A DNA stretch of 64,000 nucleotides, taken from Candidatus Eiseniibacteriota bacterium. Lineage in GTDB: Bacteria > Eisenbacteria > RBG-16-71-46 > SZUA-252. The notes below the pieces were generated by a model. It was given only the letters and a program-made list of their open reading frames with translations. It was not told where the DNA came from and did no database searches. Shown here in pieces: positions 16,674 to 28,631 of the stretch. How positions within the stretch are numbered: position 1 is the first letter of the stretch; each line of letters begins with the position of its first letter. The DNA lies in contig VBOZ01000008.1 of assembly GCA_005893305.1 (NCBI GenBank), positions 9,286 through 73,285 of the forward strand. Reading direction: 5' to 3'. The position numbers and the translations under genes were made by a program.

Positions 16674-18049
16674 GCCGCCTCCGCCGGGGCCTTCGCCGCC
16701 GCGGTCCTCGCCCACTGGGCCGCGGTCTCGACGTAACGGTCGAGCTCTTCCCGGCTCCGCTTTTCCGTGACCGCCACGAGAAGATCCTTGCCGCGAGCGC
16801 GATCGAAGCGTGCCAGCGGAATCCCGGCCAGAATCTTTCGCTCGAGCGCGGCGCGCGCAAACGCTTCCGCGCTCCCTGGGAGCCGGACGACGAACTCGCG
16901 GAAGTAGGGGGCGTCCCCGTTCGCCAGGGTGATTCCGGGAATTTCGGCCAGGCGTCCCGCCAGGTAGTGCGCCCGCTCCAAGCACTGCGTCGCCACGTCG
17001 CGCATTCCCTGCGCCCCGAGGAGCGCCAAATGGACCGTGTTCGCGATCGACATCAGCCCTTGGTTCGTGCAGATGTTGGATGTCGCCCGCTCCCGGCGTA
17101 TGTGCTGCTCGCGGGTCTGGAGCGTGAGCACGTAGCCGCGCTTCCCGTCCAGGTCGACCGTCGCGCCGGCCAATCGGCCGGGGAGCCGCCTCACGTCGGT
17201 CTTCCGGATCGCGAAGAAGCCGACCAGGGGACCGCCGTAGCTCATCGGGACGCCGATCGGCTGGCCTTCCCCGACGACGATGTCGGCGCCGTCCTCGCCC
17301 GGCGGCGTGAGGATCGCGAGCGCGACCGGATCCGCGACCGCGATCGAGTATCCGCCCGCCGCGTGCGCGGCCTCCGTGAGGACCTTTCCGTCCTCGACGA
17401 TTCCCTCGAAGTTGGGCTGCGGCCAGATGACTGCCGCGATCTGCGGTCCCTCGGCTCGCGCGATCGACGCCGCGGACGTGCGCCCTCCCGCGAGCGGAAG
17501 GTCCTCGACCGTGAATCCGCCGGCCGACGCGTATGTTCTCAGTACTTCGCGGTAATGCGGGTGAAGCCCCGCCGAGACAAGGACGCGCGTCCGGCCGGTC
17601 GCGCCGGCGGCCAGGTGCGCGGCCTCGGCGGCGGCGGTCGCGCCGTCGTACATCGAGGCGTTGGCCACCTCCATGCCCGTCAGCTCGCGGATCAGCGACT
17701 GGTACTCGAACATGACCTGGAGCGTTCCCTGCGAGACCTCGGGCTGATACGGCGTGTAGGCGGTGGCGAACTCCGAGCGCGAGATGATCGAGCGGAGGGC
17801 GGCGGGGATGAAATGGTCGTAGATCCCGCCTCCGAGAAAGCAGGCGTAGCGGCTCGCGTCGGCGTTCCGCTCCCCCCACTGCTCGAACTTCCGGGCGATC
17901 TCGTACTCGGCGAGCGGCGCCGGTAGGGGGAGCGGTCCCGTGACGCGGAACTCCTCGGGGATCGACGCCCAGAGCGATTCGAGGTTGGGCGCGCCGATCC
18001 GCTCCAGCATCTGGCGGCGCTCGGCGTCGCTCCGTCCGACGAAACTCAC
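16661..18049 (-). CDS. gcvPA: glycine dehydrogenase (decarboxylating) subunit 1
   Basis: 462 aa. MSFVGRSDAERRQMLERIGAP...YTPYQPEVSQGTLQ is typical of P-protein subunit 1. Confidence 0.9.
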   Translation of the reverse strand: MSFVGRSDAERRQMLERIGAPNLESLWASIPEEFRVTGPLPLPAPLAEYEIARKFEQWGERNADASRYACFLGGGIYDHFIPAALRSIISRSEFATAYTPYQPEVSQGTLQVMFEYQSLIRELTGMEVANASMYDGATAAAEAAHLAAGATGRTRVLVSAGLHPHYREVLRTYASAGGFTVEDLPLAGGRTSAASIARAEGPQIAAVIWPQPNFEGIVEDGKVLTEAAHAAGGYSIAVADPVALAILTPPGEDGADIVVGEGQPIGVPMSYGGPLVGFFAIRKTDVRRLPGRLAGATVDLDGKRGYVLTLQTREQHIRRERATSNICTNQGLMSIANTVHLALLGAQGMRDVATQCLERAHYLAGRLAEIPGITLANGDAPYFREFVVRLPGSAEAFARAALERKILAGIPLARFDRARGKDLLVAVTEKRSREELDRYVETAAQWARTAAAKAPAEAACRS

Positions 18050-18432
18050 GCGTGCGCCCCCAGGTGCTTCTCATAGGCGCCCGCGTTCAGGAGCGTGTCG
18101 ATCTCCTTCGGGTTCGCCACGCGGATCCGGACCATCCAGCCCTTGTCGTAGGGCGACTGGTTCACGAGAGCCGGATTCTCCTTCAGCTCGGTGTTCACCG
18201 CCGTCACCTCGCCGCCCACCGGCGCGAAGAGATCGCTCACGGTCTTCACGGCGTCGATCGTACCGAATGCCTTCATCTGGGCTACCTTGGTCCCCGGCGC
18301 CGGCAGCTCGACGAAGATCACGTCCCCCAGCTCTCCCTGGGCGTAGTCGGTCACGCCGACGATCACCTCGTCGCCCTCCACGCGAATCCACTCATGCTCC
18401 TTCGTATAGTGAAGGCTCTTTGGTACGTTCAT
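18046..18432 (-). CDS. gcvH: glycine cleavage system H protein
   Basis: Track ORF trimmed to the ATG at 18430-18432 (ATGA overlap with the gcvT stop), giving 128 aa. Lipoyl-lysine context: GTIDAVKTVSDLFAP. Confidence 0.9.
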   Translation of the reverse strand: MNVPKSLHYTKEHEWIRVEGDEVIVGVTDYAQGELGDVIFVELPAPGTKVAQMKAFGTIDAVKTVSDLFAPVGGEVTAVNTELKENPALVNQSPYDKGWMVRIRVANPKEIDTLLNAGAYEKHLGAHA

Positions 18433-19562
18433 TTTGGGCTCCTGGGTTTCGGCGATTTGACGGATCCGTTGCGGTAGATCGGGCGGGACGTCACGGCCGC
18501 GGGGGCGCTCGTGCCGCGCGTGATGACCTCGACGCGGGCCCCGGGCTTCGCCGCGTCGCCGGCGAGATAGGCCATCGCGACCGGCCGCCCCACGCTGATT
18601 CCCATCGACCCGCTCGTCACGCGGCCGACCGGCTTCTCGTCGAAGCGAACCTCGCAGCCCGCCCGGGCGATCCGGTCTTCTTCCAAGACCAGGCCCAGGA
18701 GGCGCCGATTCACGCCCGCCTCCTTCACGCGGCGGAGCGCGTCCAACCCGATGAAATCCTGCTTCTCCCACCGGACCGTCCAGCCAAGCCCCGCTTCGAG
18801 CGGATTCGTGGTCTCGTCGATATCGTTTCCGTAGAGGCAGTAGCCCATCTCGAGACGGAGCGTGTCGCGGGCGCCGAGGCCGATCGGGCGGATCCCCTCG
18901 CTCTTCCCCGCCTCGAAGACGCGGTCCCAGAGATCGAGGGCGCGCGGAGCCCGGACATAGATCTCGAAGCCGTCCTCGCCGGTGTAGCCGGTCCGCGAGA
19001 CGAGCGTCCAGTCGTCCCCCGCGCCCTCCTCGAACGCCTCGTAGAAGCCGAGGGCCCGAGCGCGGTCTCCGTAGAGGCGCGCCACGACCGCCTCCGCCCG
19101 GGGACCCTGCACCGCGAGCTGCGCGGTCTGCGCGTTCTCGTCGACGACGGTAACGTCCGCCGGCGCGTGCCGGCGGATCCAGGCGATGTCCTTCTCGAAA
19201 TTCGACGCGTTCACGACCAGGAGGCGGTCCGGACCCGAGGCGTAGACCAGGAGATCGTCGATGATCCCGCCGGTCTCCAGGCACATGGGGGTGTAGACGA
19301 CCTTTCCACCCGGAAGATTCCCCGCCTCGTTCGTGACGAGGCGGTTGGCGTAGGCGGCGGCGCCGGGACCTTGAAGCCGGATCTCGCCCATATGCGAGAC
19401 GTCGAAGACCCCGACGCCAGAGCGCACGGTCCGGTGCTCGGTCAGGATCCCCTCGTACTGGATCGGCATCTCGTGGCCGGCGAAGGGCACCATCTTCGCC
19501 CCAAGGGCTACGTGACGGGGATGGAACGGGGTCCGCTTCGGTGCGGTTGCGGTTTCGAGCAT
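18429..19562 (-). CDS. gcvT: glycine cleavage system aminomethyltransferase T
   Basis: 377 aa. [26 protein letters not shown] and [11 protein letters not shown] are typical GcvT motifs. Confidence 0.9.
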   Translation of the reverse strand: MLETATAPKRTPFHPRHVALGAKMVPFAGHEMPIQYEGILTEHRTVRSGVGVFDVSHMGEIRLQGPGAAAYANRLVTNEAGNLPGGKVVYTPMCLETGGIIDDLLVYASGPDRLLVVNASNFEKDIAWIRRHAPADVTVVDENAQTAQLAVQGPRAEAVVARLYGDRARALGFYEAFEEGAGDDWTLVSRTGYTGEDGFEIYVRAPRALDLWDRVFEAGKSEGIRPIGLGARDTLRLEMGYCLYGNDIDETTNPLEAGLGWTVRWEKQDFIGLDALRRVKEAGVNRRLLGLVLEEDRIARAGCEVRFDEKPVGRVTSGSMGISVGRPVAMAYLAGDAAKPGARVEVITRGTSAPAAVTSRPIYRNGSVKSPKPRSPK

Positions 19563-19628
19563 CCTCTTTCCATTGGGACAGTTGCGGCGTGAAAGGCGGT
19601 CGCTACCTTACCACATTCGCGGGGGATT

Positions 19629-22474
19629 TCAAACCGCCGCCTGGGCCGTGCGGCGCCGTGGGCGGGCCGGCTGGAGGAGCGGGCGCAACGCCTCGCCGGT
19701 GAACGAGTCGGACACGGCCGCGACGGCTTCCGGCGGGCCCTCGGCGATGATCCGCCCGCCCGCCTCTCCCCCTTCGGGGCCCAGATCCAGGATCCAGTCC
19801 GCCCGCTTGATCACATCGAGGTTGTGCTCGATGACGATGACCGTGTTTCCCCGCTCCGTCAGACGGTCGAGCACCTCGAGGAGCATCCGGACGTCCTCGA
19901 AGTGGAGCCCGGTGGTCGGCTCGTCCAGGATGTAGAGCGTCCGCCCCGTCTCGACCCGGGAGAGCTCGGTCGCGAGCTTGACGCGCTGTGCCTCTCCGCC
20001 CGAGAGGGTCGTCGCGGGCTGGCCCAGGTGGACATATCCGAGCCCCACGCCCTGGAGCGTCTCGAGCTTCCGACGGATCGCCGGGATGGGACCGAGGAGC
20101 TCGAGCGCGTCGTCGACCGTCATCTCGAGCACGTCGGCGATCGACTTACCCTTGTATGTCACCTCGAGCGTCTCGCGGTTGTACCGCTTGCCGCGGCAGA
20201 CGTCGCACGTGACGTAGACGTCGGGGAGGAAGTGCATCTCGATCTTCGTGAGCCCGTCCCCGGCGCAGGCCTCGCAACGGCCCCCCTTCACGTTGAAGCT
20301 GAACCGCCCCGCCGAATACCCGCGCACCTTCGCTTCCGGGACCTGCGCGAAGAGGTCGCGGATCAGGCCGAAGACGCCCGTGTACGTGGCCGGGTTGGAG
20401 CGCGGCGTCCGCCCGATCGGCGACTGGTCGATGGCGACGACCTTGTCGATCTGGTCGAGTCCCACGATCCGGTCGTGCCGTCCCGGGGTCTCCTTCGCCA
20501 GGTGAAGCCGCTTCGCGAGCGCCTTGTAGAGAATGTCGTTCACGAGGGTGCTCTTCCCCGAGCCGGAGACCCCCGTCACGCAGACGAACGTGCCCAGAGG
20601 GAACCGGGCGTGGATCGACTTGAGGTTGTTGTGGCGCGCTCCGATCACCTCGAGCCGCGCCCCGCTTCCGGAGCGCCGCGTCCGCGGCACCGCGATCTCG
20701 CTCGCCCCGGCGAGATACCGGCCGGTGAGCGAGTCGGGCGTTGCCCGGACGGATTCGAGCGTGCCCTGCGCCACGAGGTAGCCGCCGCGGCGGCCCGCGC
20801 CGGGACCCAGGTCCACGATGTGGTCCGCGGCCTCCATCGTCTCCCGGTCGTGCTCCACCACGAGAACCGAATTGCCGAGGTCGCGGAGCGCCAGGAGCGT
20901 GCCCAGGAGCTTCTGGTTGTCGCGGGGGTGGAGCCCGATGCTCGGCTCGTCGAGGATGTAGAGGACCCCGGTGAGCCGCGATCCGATCTGGGTCGCCAGG
21001 CGGATCCGCTGCGCCTCGCCCCCCGAGAGCGTCGATGCGGCGCGCTCGAGCGTCAGGTATCCCACCCCGACGTCGAGGAGGAACTGGAGCCGCGCCAGAA
21101 GCTCCTTCACGATCGGCGCGGCGATCGAAGATTCCCGCGGCCCGAGCGAGAGCCCCCGGATCGTCTGGAGCGCCCGCTCGACCGACTGGGCGGCCCATTC
21201 GGCGATGTTCTCCTTGCCGATCCGGACCGCGAGCGCCTCGGGGCGGAGTCTCGCCCCGCCGCAGGACGGGCAGGGGCGCTTGGACATCGCGGCCTCGATC
21301 TGAGATCGGATGGAGTCGGACTTGGTCTCCCGGTACCGGCGCATCATCTCCGGGATCACGCCGTGGAATTTCCCCTGGTGCTTCCACACCTTGCCGCTCT
21401 TGAGCTTGAAGCGGTACTGGAGCTTCTCGTCGCCCAGGCCGTGGAGGATCGCGCGCTGCGCCGCGGCGGGGAGCTTGGCGAACGGCGTGTCGAACGAGAT
21501 GCCCAGACGCTTCGCGAATGCCTGGAGCAGCCCCTTCGTCCACGTCCCCTCCGGATCGCCCCACCAAACAACCGCCCCCTCGCGAAGCGACTTCGAGCGG
21601 TCGGGGATCACGAGGTCGGGATCGATCTCCAGCGTCGTCCCCAGGCCGTCGCACGCCTTGCACGCGCCGTAGGGACTATTGAAGGAGAACGACCGCGGCT
21701 GGAGCGGCTCGTAGGAGATCCCGCATACCGAGCAGACGGCGCTCGCGGAAAGAGTCTCCTCGCTTCCGTCCCCATGGACGACGAGCGCCATTCCCTCGGC
21801 GAGCCGCGTCGCCGTCTCCAGCGATTCGTGAATCCGGCTCCGGCGCTCCGGCTCGGCCGCCAGGCGGTCGACCAGGATCTCGATCGAGTGTTTCCGCTTC
21901 TTGTCGAGCGTCAGCTCCTCCTCGAGCTCCTTCCAGACGCCGTCCACGCGCGCGCGCACGAAGCCGAGCTTCCGCCACTGCGCCCATTCCTTTCGGTATT
22001 CGCCTTTCCGGCCGCGCACGACGGGGGCGAGGATCTGGAGCCGCTGCCCCGCGCGCGTCGCGAGGAGGGCGTCGACCATCTCCTGCACGGTCTGGCTCCG
22101 GATCGGCCGGCCGCAGTTCACGCAGTGCTGCACGCCGATTCGCGCGAAGAGGAGCCTCAGGTAGTCGTAGATCTCGGTGACGGTGTGGAGCGCGGATTGC
22201 TGCCCGCGGTCCGCTGCTCGATCGAGATCGCGGGCGAGAGGCCCTCGATCTGATCCACGTCGGGCTTCTCCATCTGCCCCAGGAATTGCCGGGCGTAGGC
22301 GGAGAGCGATTCGACGTAGCGGCGCTGGCCCTCAGCGTAGAGCGTGTCGAAGGCGAGCGACGATTTTCCCGAGCCCGAGACGCCGGTCAGGACGACGAGG
22401 GCGTTCCTCGGGATGTCGAGGCTCAGGTTCTTGAGGTTGTGCTCGCGCGCTCCGCGCACGCGGATCCAATCCAC
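19629..22474 (-). pseudogene. uvrA: excinuclease ABC subunit A, reading frame broken near 22180-22186 (true pseudogene or assembly error)
   Basis: Two track ORFs together make one UvrA. ORF 22157..22474 ends ...[18 protein letters not shown] and then runs out of frame. ORF 19629..22133, read upstream in its own frame, gives [24 protein letters not shown]. The invariant VGT of NPRSTVGTVTEI is missing. Confidence 0.85.
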
Positions 22475-22577
22475 GGTGGCCTTTCGGGAAATGGGGGTTT
22501 GGAGGTCCCGACGAGTTCCGGGCGAACACCCGAGTTTAGCATACCAAGGGAGGGGGGCTCCCCCGGGCCGCCCACCC

Positions 22578-23768
22578 TCACTCGTACCGGAGGGGGTAGA
22601 GCCCGAAGAAGAGGCCGATGGCCGTCGAAGAGCCGAACGCGAGCAGGATGCCCCAGAGAGGCACCGCGAAGCTGAGCGGCGTGACGATGTCGATCAGCTT
22701 CCCGACCCCGAGCCCCACGACCACGCCGATCACGCCGCCCGCGCCGGTCAGGGTCATCGCCTCCACGAGGAACTGCCAGAGGACGTCGCGCTGCCGGGCT
22801 CCGAGCGCCTTCCGGACGCCGATCTCACGCGTCCGCTCGGTCACCGAGACGAGCATGATGTTCATGACCCCGATTCCCCCGACCATCAGCCCGATCGAGG
22901 AGATCGCGACCATGACCAGGTAGAACGCGCCCGTGATCTGGCTGTAGAGATCGACCAGCGACTGGTCGGTGAAGATGGCGAAGTTGTCGCCCTGGCCGTA
23001 CTGGACCTTCCGCTGCCGGCGCAGGACCTCCCCGATCTGCTCCTTCGCGGTGTCGATGAGCTCCGGCGACACGGGCTTCGCGTTCAGGACCATTCGGAGC
23101 TTCGGCCCGAAGAGCTTCTCGAGCGTCGTGTGCGGAACGAGCACGATGTCGTCCAGGCTCTGCCCGAGAAACTTGCCGCGAGGCTCCGCCTGCCCGATGA
23201 CCGTGAACGGCTGGCCGCCGATGTAGATGCTCTTCCCGATCGGGTTCACGTGCGGAAAGAGCGTCTCGACGTGATCGACGCCCAGGACGCAGACCGGGGC
23301 CCGGTGATCCACCTCCGCCTCGGTGAAGCCGCGCCCGTTGTTGACCGCGTAGTTGTTGGTCACCATGTAGTCTGGGGACGTTCCGATCACGAAGGTGAGG
23401 CGGCTCTCCGTGTCACGGTAGCGAAGCCGGAGCTCTTCGAAATTCAGCGGCGCCACCGCTTCCACCGCGGGGCAGAGGCGCCGGATCGCGTCCGCGTCGT
23501 CGGGCGTGAACCATTTCCGGCGCCGGAGGCTGTCCGGCATCTGCCCGACCCAGGCTCCCGGCGCGAAAGGCCGGATGTAGAGGACGTCCGTTCCGAGCGA
23601 GGCGAGCTGCGCCTTCATGCTCCGGTTCAGCCCCTCGATGATCGAGATCATCGCCATGATGGCGGTGATGCCGATGATGACGCCGAGGACGGTCAGGAAG
23701 GAACGGAGCTTGTTGGTCCGGAGCGAGTCGAAGGCGATCGACGCGCCCTCGCGGATCTCGATGGCCAC
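22578..23768 (-). CDS. ABC transporter permease, MacB/FtsX type
   Basis: 396 aa. One TM, a large periplasmic domain, then three C-terminal TMs with [16 protein letters not shown], the FtsX-family signature. Confidence 0.85.
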   Translation of the reverse strand: MAIEIREGASIAFDSLRTNKLRSFLTVLGVIIGITAIMAMISIIEGLNRSMKAQLASLGTDVLYIRPFAPGAWVGQMPDSLRRRKWFTPDDADAIRRLCPAVEAVAPLNFEELRLRYRDTESRLTFVIGTSPDYMVTNNYAVNNGRGFTEAEVDHRAPVCVLGVDHVETLFPHVNPIGKSIYIGGQPFTVIGQAEPRGKFLGQSLDDIVLVPHTTLEKLFGPKLRMVLNAKPVSPELIDTAKEQIGEVLRRQRKVQYGQGDNFAIFTDQSLVDLYSQITGAFYLVMVAISSIGLMVGGIGVMNIMLVSVTERTREIGVRKALGARQRDVLWQFLVEAMTLTGAGGVIGVVVGLGVGKLIDIVTPLSFAVPLWGILLAFGSSTAIGLFFGLYPLRYE

Positions 23769-23771
23769 GGG

Positions 23772-25025
23772 CTACTCCTGCCGGAGCGCGACGATCGGAT
23801 CGAGGCGGGCCGCCCGGGTCGCCGGGTAGACGCCGAAGAAGAGCCCGACCGAGGAGGCCACCGCGAGGCTGATCGCGACGGACCAGGGCTGAATCGACGC
23901 GGGGAGCGGCGTGACCGCCCGGATCAGGAGCGCGAAGGCGATGCCGCAGAGGACGCCCAGGATGCCCCCGAAGAAGGCGAGGACCACCGCCTCACTCAGG
24001 AATTGTGAGAGGAGATCCGATCGCCGCGCGCCCACCGCCTTTCGGATCCCGATCTCCGGGGTCCGTTCCGTCACGGCGACAAGCATGATGTTCATGATCA
24101 CGATCCCGCCGATCACCAGCGAGATCGCGACGAGACCGATCGTGCCGGCGAAGATGCCGCCGGTCAGGGTCTGATAGAGCGCCATGTAGGTCTCGGCGGT
24201 GCTGATGGCGAAGTCGTCCGGCGCTCCGAGCGGGACGTGGCGGGCGGAGCGGAGCACGACGCGCGCCTCGTCCGAGAGGCGCTCCAGGTCGACGCCCGGA
24301 ATGGCGCTCACGAGGATCGTCAGCGATCGACGCGCGCCGAACATCTTCTCGAATTGCCCAAGCGGCACGACAACGAGGTTATCCTGGCTCTGCCCCAGCA
24401 CGTTGCCGCGCGGAACCACGGTCCCGACGACGAGCAGCTCATGCCCCGCCACGCGGATCGACTTTCCGATCGGATCGACCTGGGGAAACAGCTTCTCCGA
24501 AACCTCGGAGCCGATCACGCAAACCGACCGGCGCCGGGAGATGTCGCTGTCTTCGAGCGCCCGGCCTTCCTCCGTCTCATACTTGCCGACCGATTGGTAC
24601 CCCTCGGTCGTGCCCAGCACGCGGACGTTCCGAAGCTCCGTTCTCCCCGCCCGGACGCTCTTGTTTGTCTCAGCCTGGGCCACGACCCGGCCCGCGAGCT
24701 GCATGCGGTCTTGGAGCGCGCCAGCCTCGAATTGCGTCAGATCCTGCCGCTTCGCGGCAAGCCGCCACGCGTCGTCATCCGTAATGAGGCCGAACTTGTC
24801 GACATAGATCACGCGAAGGCCCTGCTCGAGGATCTTCTCGGAGACGTAGGTATTCAAGCCGTCGATGATCGAGACGACGGCGATGACCGACATGACGGCC
24901 ACGACGTTGCCGAGAACGGTGAGGACGGTGCGGAGCTTGTGCGCGCGGAGGGCGCGAACCGCGATCTTCAGATTCTCCGTCAGCGCGATCCAGAAGTCGC
25001 CCCGGATCGGGCGCTCAGGACTCAT
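23772..25025 (-). CDS. ABC transporter permease, MacB/FtsX type (paralog)
   Basis: 417 aa with the same architecture; [16 protein letters not shown]. Confidence 0.85.
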   Translation of the reverse strand: MSPERPIRGDFWIALTENLKIAVRALRAHKLRTVLTVLGNVVAVMSVIAVVSIIDGLNTYVSEKILEQGLRVIYVDKFGLITDDDAWRLAAKRQDLTQFEAGALQDRMQLAGRVVAQAETNKSVRAGRTELRNVRVLGTTEGYQSVGKYETEEGRALEDSDISRRRSVCVIGSEVSEKLFPQVDPIGKSIRVAGHELLVVGTVVPRGNVLGQSQDNLVVVPLGQFEKMFGARRSLTILVSAIPGVDLERLSDEARVVLRSARHVPLGAPDDFAISTAETYMALYQTLTGGIFAGTIGLVAISLVIGGIVIMNIMLVAVTERTPEIGIRKAVGARRSDLLSQFLSEAVVLAFFGGILGVLCGIAFALLIRAVTPLPASIQPWSVAISLAVASSVGLFFGVYPATRAARLDPIVALRQE

Positions 25026-25750
25026 GCGGGGGACGGCGCGGCCGTCCTTGTCGATCGATCGCTCTCGATGCGGCCGTCGCGCAGCCGCACGATGCGGTGG
25101 GCGCGTTCGGCCACCTCTTCCTCGTGGGTGACCAGGATGACCGTGTTGCCGCGGCTGGAGATGTCGTCGAGCAACGCCATGATCTCGAGGCCGGTCTTGG
25201 AGTCGAGGTTGCCGGTCGGCTCGTCGGCGAGGACCAGGGACGGCCCGTTCACGAGCGCGCGGGCGATCGCGACGCGCTGCCGCTGGCCGCCCGAGAGCTC
25301 GTTGGGGCGGTGGTGCGTCCGGTCGCCCAGCCCGACCATCTCCAGCATGCCGCGGGCGCGCTCGCGGCGCTCCTTGGCCGGCCTGCCGGCGTAGATCAGC
25401 GGAAGCTCGACGTTGTGGAGCGCGTCCGCGCGGGGGAGGAGGTTGAAGGTCTGGAAGATGAACCCGATCTCCTGGTTCCGGATCCGCGCGAGCTCGTCGT
25501 CGTCCCGCTCGCGGATCTCCGTGCCGCGGAGCTTGTACGATCCGCTGGTCGGCGTATCCAGGCAGCCGACGATGTTCATGAGCGTCGACTTCCCTGAGCC
25601 CGACGGGCCCATGATCGCCAAATACTCGCCCTTCCGGACGTGAAGGGAGACGCCGTCGAGGGCGTTCACCTCCGTCGAGCCCATCTCGTAAACTTTGCGG
25701 ATGTCGGTGATATCGATCAGGGCGCTATTGTCGCTCGGGCCGGCGCTCAC
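25022..25750 (-). CDS. ABC transporter ATP-binding protein (MacB/LolD-like)
   Basis: 242 aa. Walker [10 protein letters not shown], signature LSGGQRQR, Walker [12 protein letters not shown] at 25748-25750. Confidence 0.9.
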   Translation of the reverse strand: MSAGPSDNSALIDITDIRKVYEMGSTEVNALDGVSLHVRKGEYLAIMGPSGSGKSTLMNIVGCLDTPTSGSYKLRGTEIRERDDDELARIRNQEIGFIFQTFNLLPRADALHNVELPLIYAGRPAKERRERARGMLEMVGLGDRTHHRPNELSGGQRQRVAIARALVNGPSLVLADEPTGNLDSKTGLEIMALLDDISSRGNTVILVTHEEEVAERAHRIVRLRDGRIESDRSTRTAAPSPA

Positions 25751-27038
25751 GATTGCTCCTTCCCCTTCGGCTTCTTCGGCTCCTCGATCTTGACCTTCTG
25801 TCCCGGTTTCAGCGTTCGGAGCGTCTTGTGGGGCCCGATCACGACCTTGTCCCCGGGCTTCAGCTCCCCGGCGACCTCGAAGTCGGTGTCGCTCGCGGGA
25901 ATTCGGCCTTCCCGCCCACGATCACGAACACGCCGCGAATCTCTTCCGTCTTCTTGGCCTTGGGATCGGTAGGCGCCGCGGTCGGGCCGGCCTCATCCGC
26001 CTTCGCGTCGCGGGGAGCCGACTTCCGCTTCCCCTTTACCGGCGGCTTGAGATCGTCGGGAGTCCGCACCACGACCGACTGGATCGGCACGGTGAGCACG
26101 CTATCCCTGGTCGCGGTCTTGATCTCAACGTCCGCGGTCATCCCGGGGCGAAGCATTCGGGGGGGATTGTCGATCATCACGTCCACCTTGAAGTTGGTCT
26201 GCTGCTCCTGCGTCGCGACGTCCTCGATCGTGGGCGAGTTCGCGATGTCGGAGACGCGGCCGGTCAGCGTCGTGTCGGGGAGCGCGTCGACCTTCACCTC
26301 GGCGCTCTGCCCCAGCGTGACCGTCGAGACGTCCGTCTCGTCCACGTCCGCTTCCACCTTCATGCGGGCAAGGTCGGCCACCGTCAGGATGACCGTGCCC
26401 GGATTGTTCATCGTCCCGATCACGGCGATCTCCCCCCGCTCGATGCTGAGCTGGGTGATCGTGCCGTCGATCGGAGCGTCGAAGCGGGTCTTCCGGAGGT
26501 AGTCCTCCGATACCTGGACCGCCGCCATCTCGCGCTCCACTTCCTCGCGGTTCGAATCGACACGGGCCTTGTCGGAGTTCCGCTGCGTCCTCGCCTGGTC
26601 CAGCTCCTCCGGCGAGACCAGCTTCTGCGCGGCAAGCGATTCCTTCCGCTGCAAGGAGGCCTCGGACTGCTGGAGCGCCGCATCGGTCAGGCGGAGGTTC
26701 GACCGGGCCGCGGCCAATGCCGCGGTCGCCTCGCGGAGCTGCGCCCGGTACTGGGTGTCGTCGATCTGGAGGAGGAACTGACCCTTCCGCACGCGATCGC
26801 CCTCCTTCACGGAGAGCCGCACCACCTGGCCCGGCACGTTGGCGCTCAGCTTGACCTGGGTCTCGGGCTGAACCCGACCCGGCGCCCGCACCGTCGCGGA
26901 GATCGACCCCCTCTTCACGTCACCGGCCTGGACGGCCACCTGCCCGCCCGCGGATCGCCTGAGGTTCGAGATCACGATCACGAGCAGCACGACCGTCCCG
27001 ATCCCGATCCACAAAATCCGCTTTCCGCCGCCGCTCAT
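25747..27038 (-). pseudogene. efflux pump periplasmic adaptor (HlyD/MacA family), frame broken near 25894-25899
   Basis: Track ORF 25860..27038 ends ...[24 protein letters not shown]. The expected C-terminus [49 protein letters not shown] is in another frame. That frame stops at 25747-25749 in a GTGA overlap with the ATPase start. Confidence 0.8.
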
Positions 27039-27069
27039 TCCGATCTCTCCTCCGGTGCCGTTCGAGAGG

Positions 27070-28587
27070 CTAGTACCGCTTCGCCCCGACCGCGAACTCG
27101 AGCCCCGCCTCGGCGATCCTGGCGTCCGCCGCCGCCTCCACCAAGCTCTGGCGGGCGGTGGCCAGCCCGACCTCCGAGGTCAGGAGGTCGAGGTACGTCC
27201 CCGCGCCGAGCTCGTAGCGGCCCTTCGAGAACTTGTAGTCCTCCTCGGCCGAGGTGAGCCCTTCGCGCGCCACGTCGATCCGCTGGACCGCCTCGCGCAG
27301 CGTGAGCCACGCCTGCTGCACTTCGACCGCCACGTCCAGCTCCCGTTGACGCCGCTGCGATTCCGCCTCGAGCATCGCCCCCTTTGCCTGGCGCACCCTG
27401 CCTTCGATCGCGAGACCGTCGAAGATCGGCAGCGACGCCCTCAGCGAGCCCTGCCACTCCGTGGCGTAGCGGGTGGGACTGAAATCCCCGAACGGCCCTT
27501 GGACCGTCTCGTCGATCCGAGACCGGTCGACGGTGACCGTCGCTGTGACCGACGGGAGCCGCACGGCCCGCGCGCCGAAGAGGTTTGACCGAGCGGCGCT
27601 CTCCGCCGCCTTCGCGCTCTCGAGACGCGGCCGTGCCGCGATCGCCAGTCGGATCGCGGCGGCGGAATCGGGGATCACGATCCCCTCCTCTACTTTCGGA
27701 TCGGGGACGATTCGCTGCCCGGGCCGGACTCCGATGATCTGCCCCAGCTTCGCGGCCTGGATCTCGACCTGACTCTCGGCTTTCAACCGGTCGCCCTGCG
27801 TCGTCGCGCGCCGGGCCCGAGCCTTGAGCACGTCCCCCCGCGCCACCGTGCCCACCTGGAAGAGCGCGTCGGCCCGCGTCTCCTCGTCGCGCGCGAGCTT
27901 CTCGGTCTCCCGCGCCACTTGGGCCAGCCGATCGGCCTTCAGCAGGACGAAATATTGCTGCTTCACCTGGTAGACGACCTGGTTCCGCGTCTCGATCTCG
28001 TCGAACTCGCTTCCTCGATGCACGTGATCCCGGCGCCGCTTCTCCACGATCGAAGCGGCGCTGATCACGTTCGACGACGCGGTCGCGCTAAGCGTGGTGA
28101 ACTCCTGCTTCGTGTTCACGCCGAGGAACGTGCCCGACGGATCGAACAGCTGCGAGCGTGCCTTGTCGGGCCGAATCTGCGTGTACGACGCCTCGGTCGT
28201 GACCGACGGGAGGATCCCGCTCCAGCCCCCGAGCGCCGACCCGCTTGCCTGGCGCGAACGCGCGTGCGCCGTCCGAATGTCCGCGTTCCGCTCCAGGGCG
28301 GTCTGGACGCAGCGGGCGAGGCTCCACCGCTCGCCTGCGGGGACGGTCGATGAGGTCAGGAGGCTTTCGGCCGCGGTCGTGGGGGCAAGCTGGATGGTGT
28401 CCGCGGCAGCGGCGGGCCGCGAGGCTTCGGGCGGCGCCTTGGTCTGCCCGGCTGCCGGCGTGAACACCGCCGCCGGCAAGGTGAGCGCGAGGAGCACCAG
28501 CGTCCAATTTCTTCCCCAGTTCATCCGACTTACCCCCATGACGGTTCGAAGCGACGGCGCCGCAAAGTGATCCCGATCAATACGCAT
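27070..28587 (-). CDS. TolC-family outer membrane efflux protein
   Basis: 505-aa ORF with two TolC repeats and typical LSLARCVQTALERNADIR. A signal peptide follows Met22 (MNWGRNWTLVLLALTLPAAV), so the start may be at 28524. Confidence 0.85.
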   Translation of the reverse strand: MRIDRDHFAAPSLRTVMGVSRMNWGRNWTLVLLALTLPAAVFTPAAGQTKAPPEASRPAAAADTIQLAPTTAAESLLTSSTVPAGERWSLARCVQTALERNADIRTAHARSRQASGSALGGWSGILPSVTTEASYTQIRPDKARSQLFDPSGTFLGVNTKQEFTTLSATASSNVISAASIVEKRRRDHVHRGSEFDEIETRNQVVYQVKQQYFVLLKADRLAQVARETEKLARDEETRADALFQVGTVARGDVLKARARRATTQGDRLKAESQVEIQAAKLGQIIGVRPGQRIVPDPKVEEGIVIPDSAAAIRLAIAARPRLESAKAAESAARSNLFGARAVRLPSVTATVTVDRSRIDETVQGPFGDFSPTRYATEWQGSLRASLPIFDGLAIEGRVRQAKGAMLEAESQRRQRELDVAVEVQQAWLTLREAVQRIDVAREGLTSAEEDYKFSKGRYELGAGTYLDLLTSEVGLATARQSLVEAAADARIAEAGLEFAVGAKRY

Positions 28588-28631
28588 GATCTACCGCGAT
28601 TGTTTCCAGCCAGTTCCCAACCGACGCGTCC

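Noticed and set aside
19563-19628. Glycine riboswitch upstream of gcvT
   Set aside because: The gap is only 66 nt, too short for even a single glycine aptamer plus expression platform. I see no conserved aptamer core.
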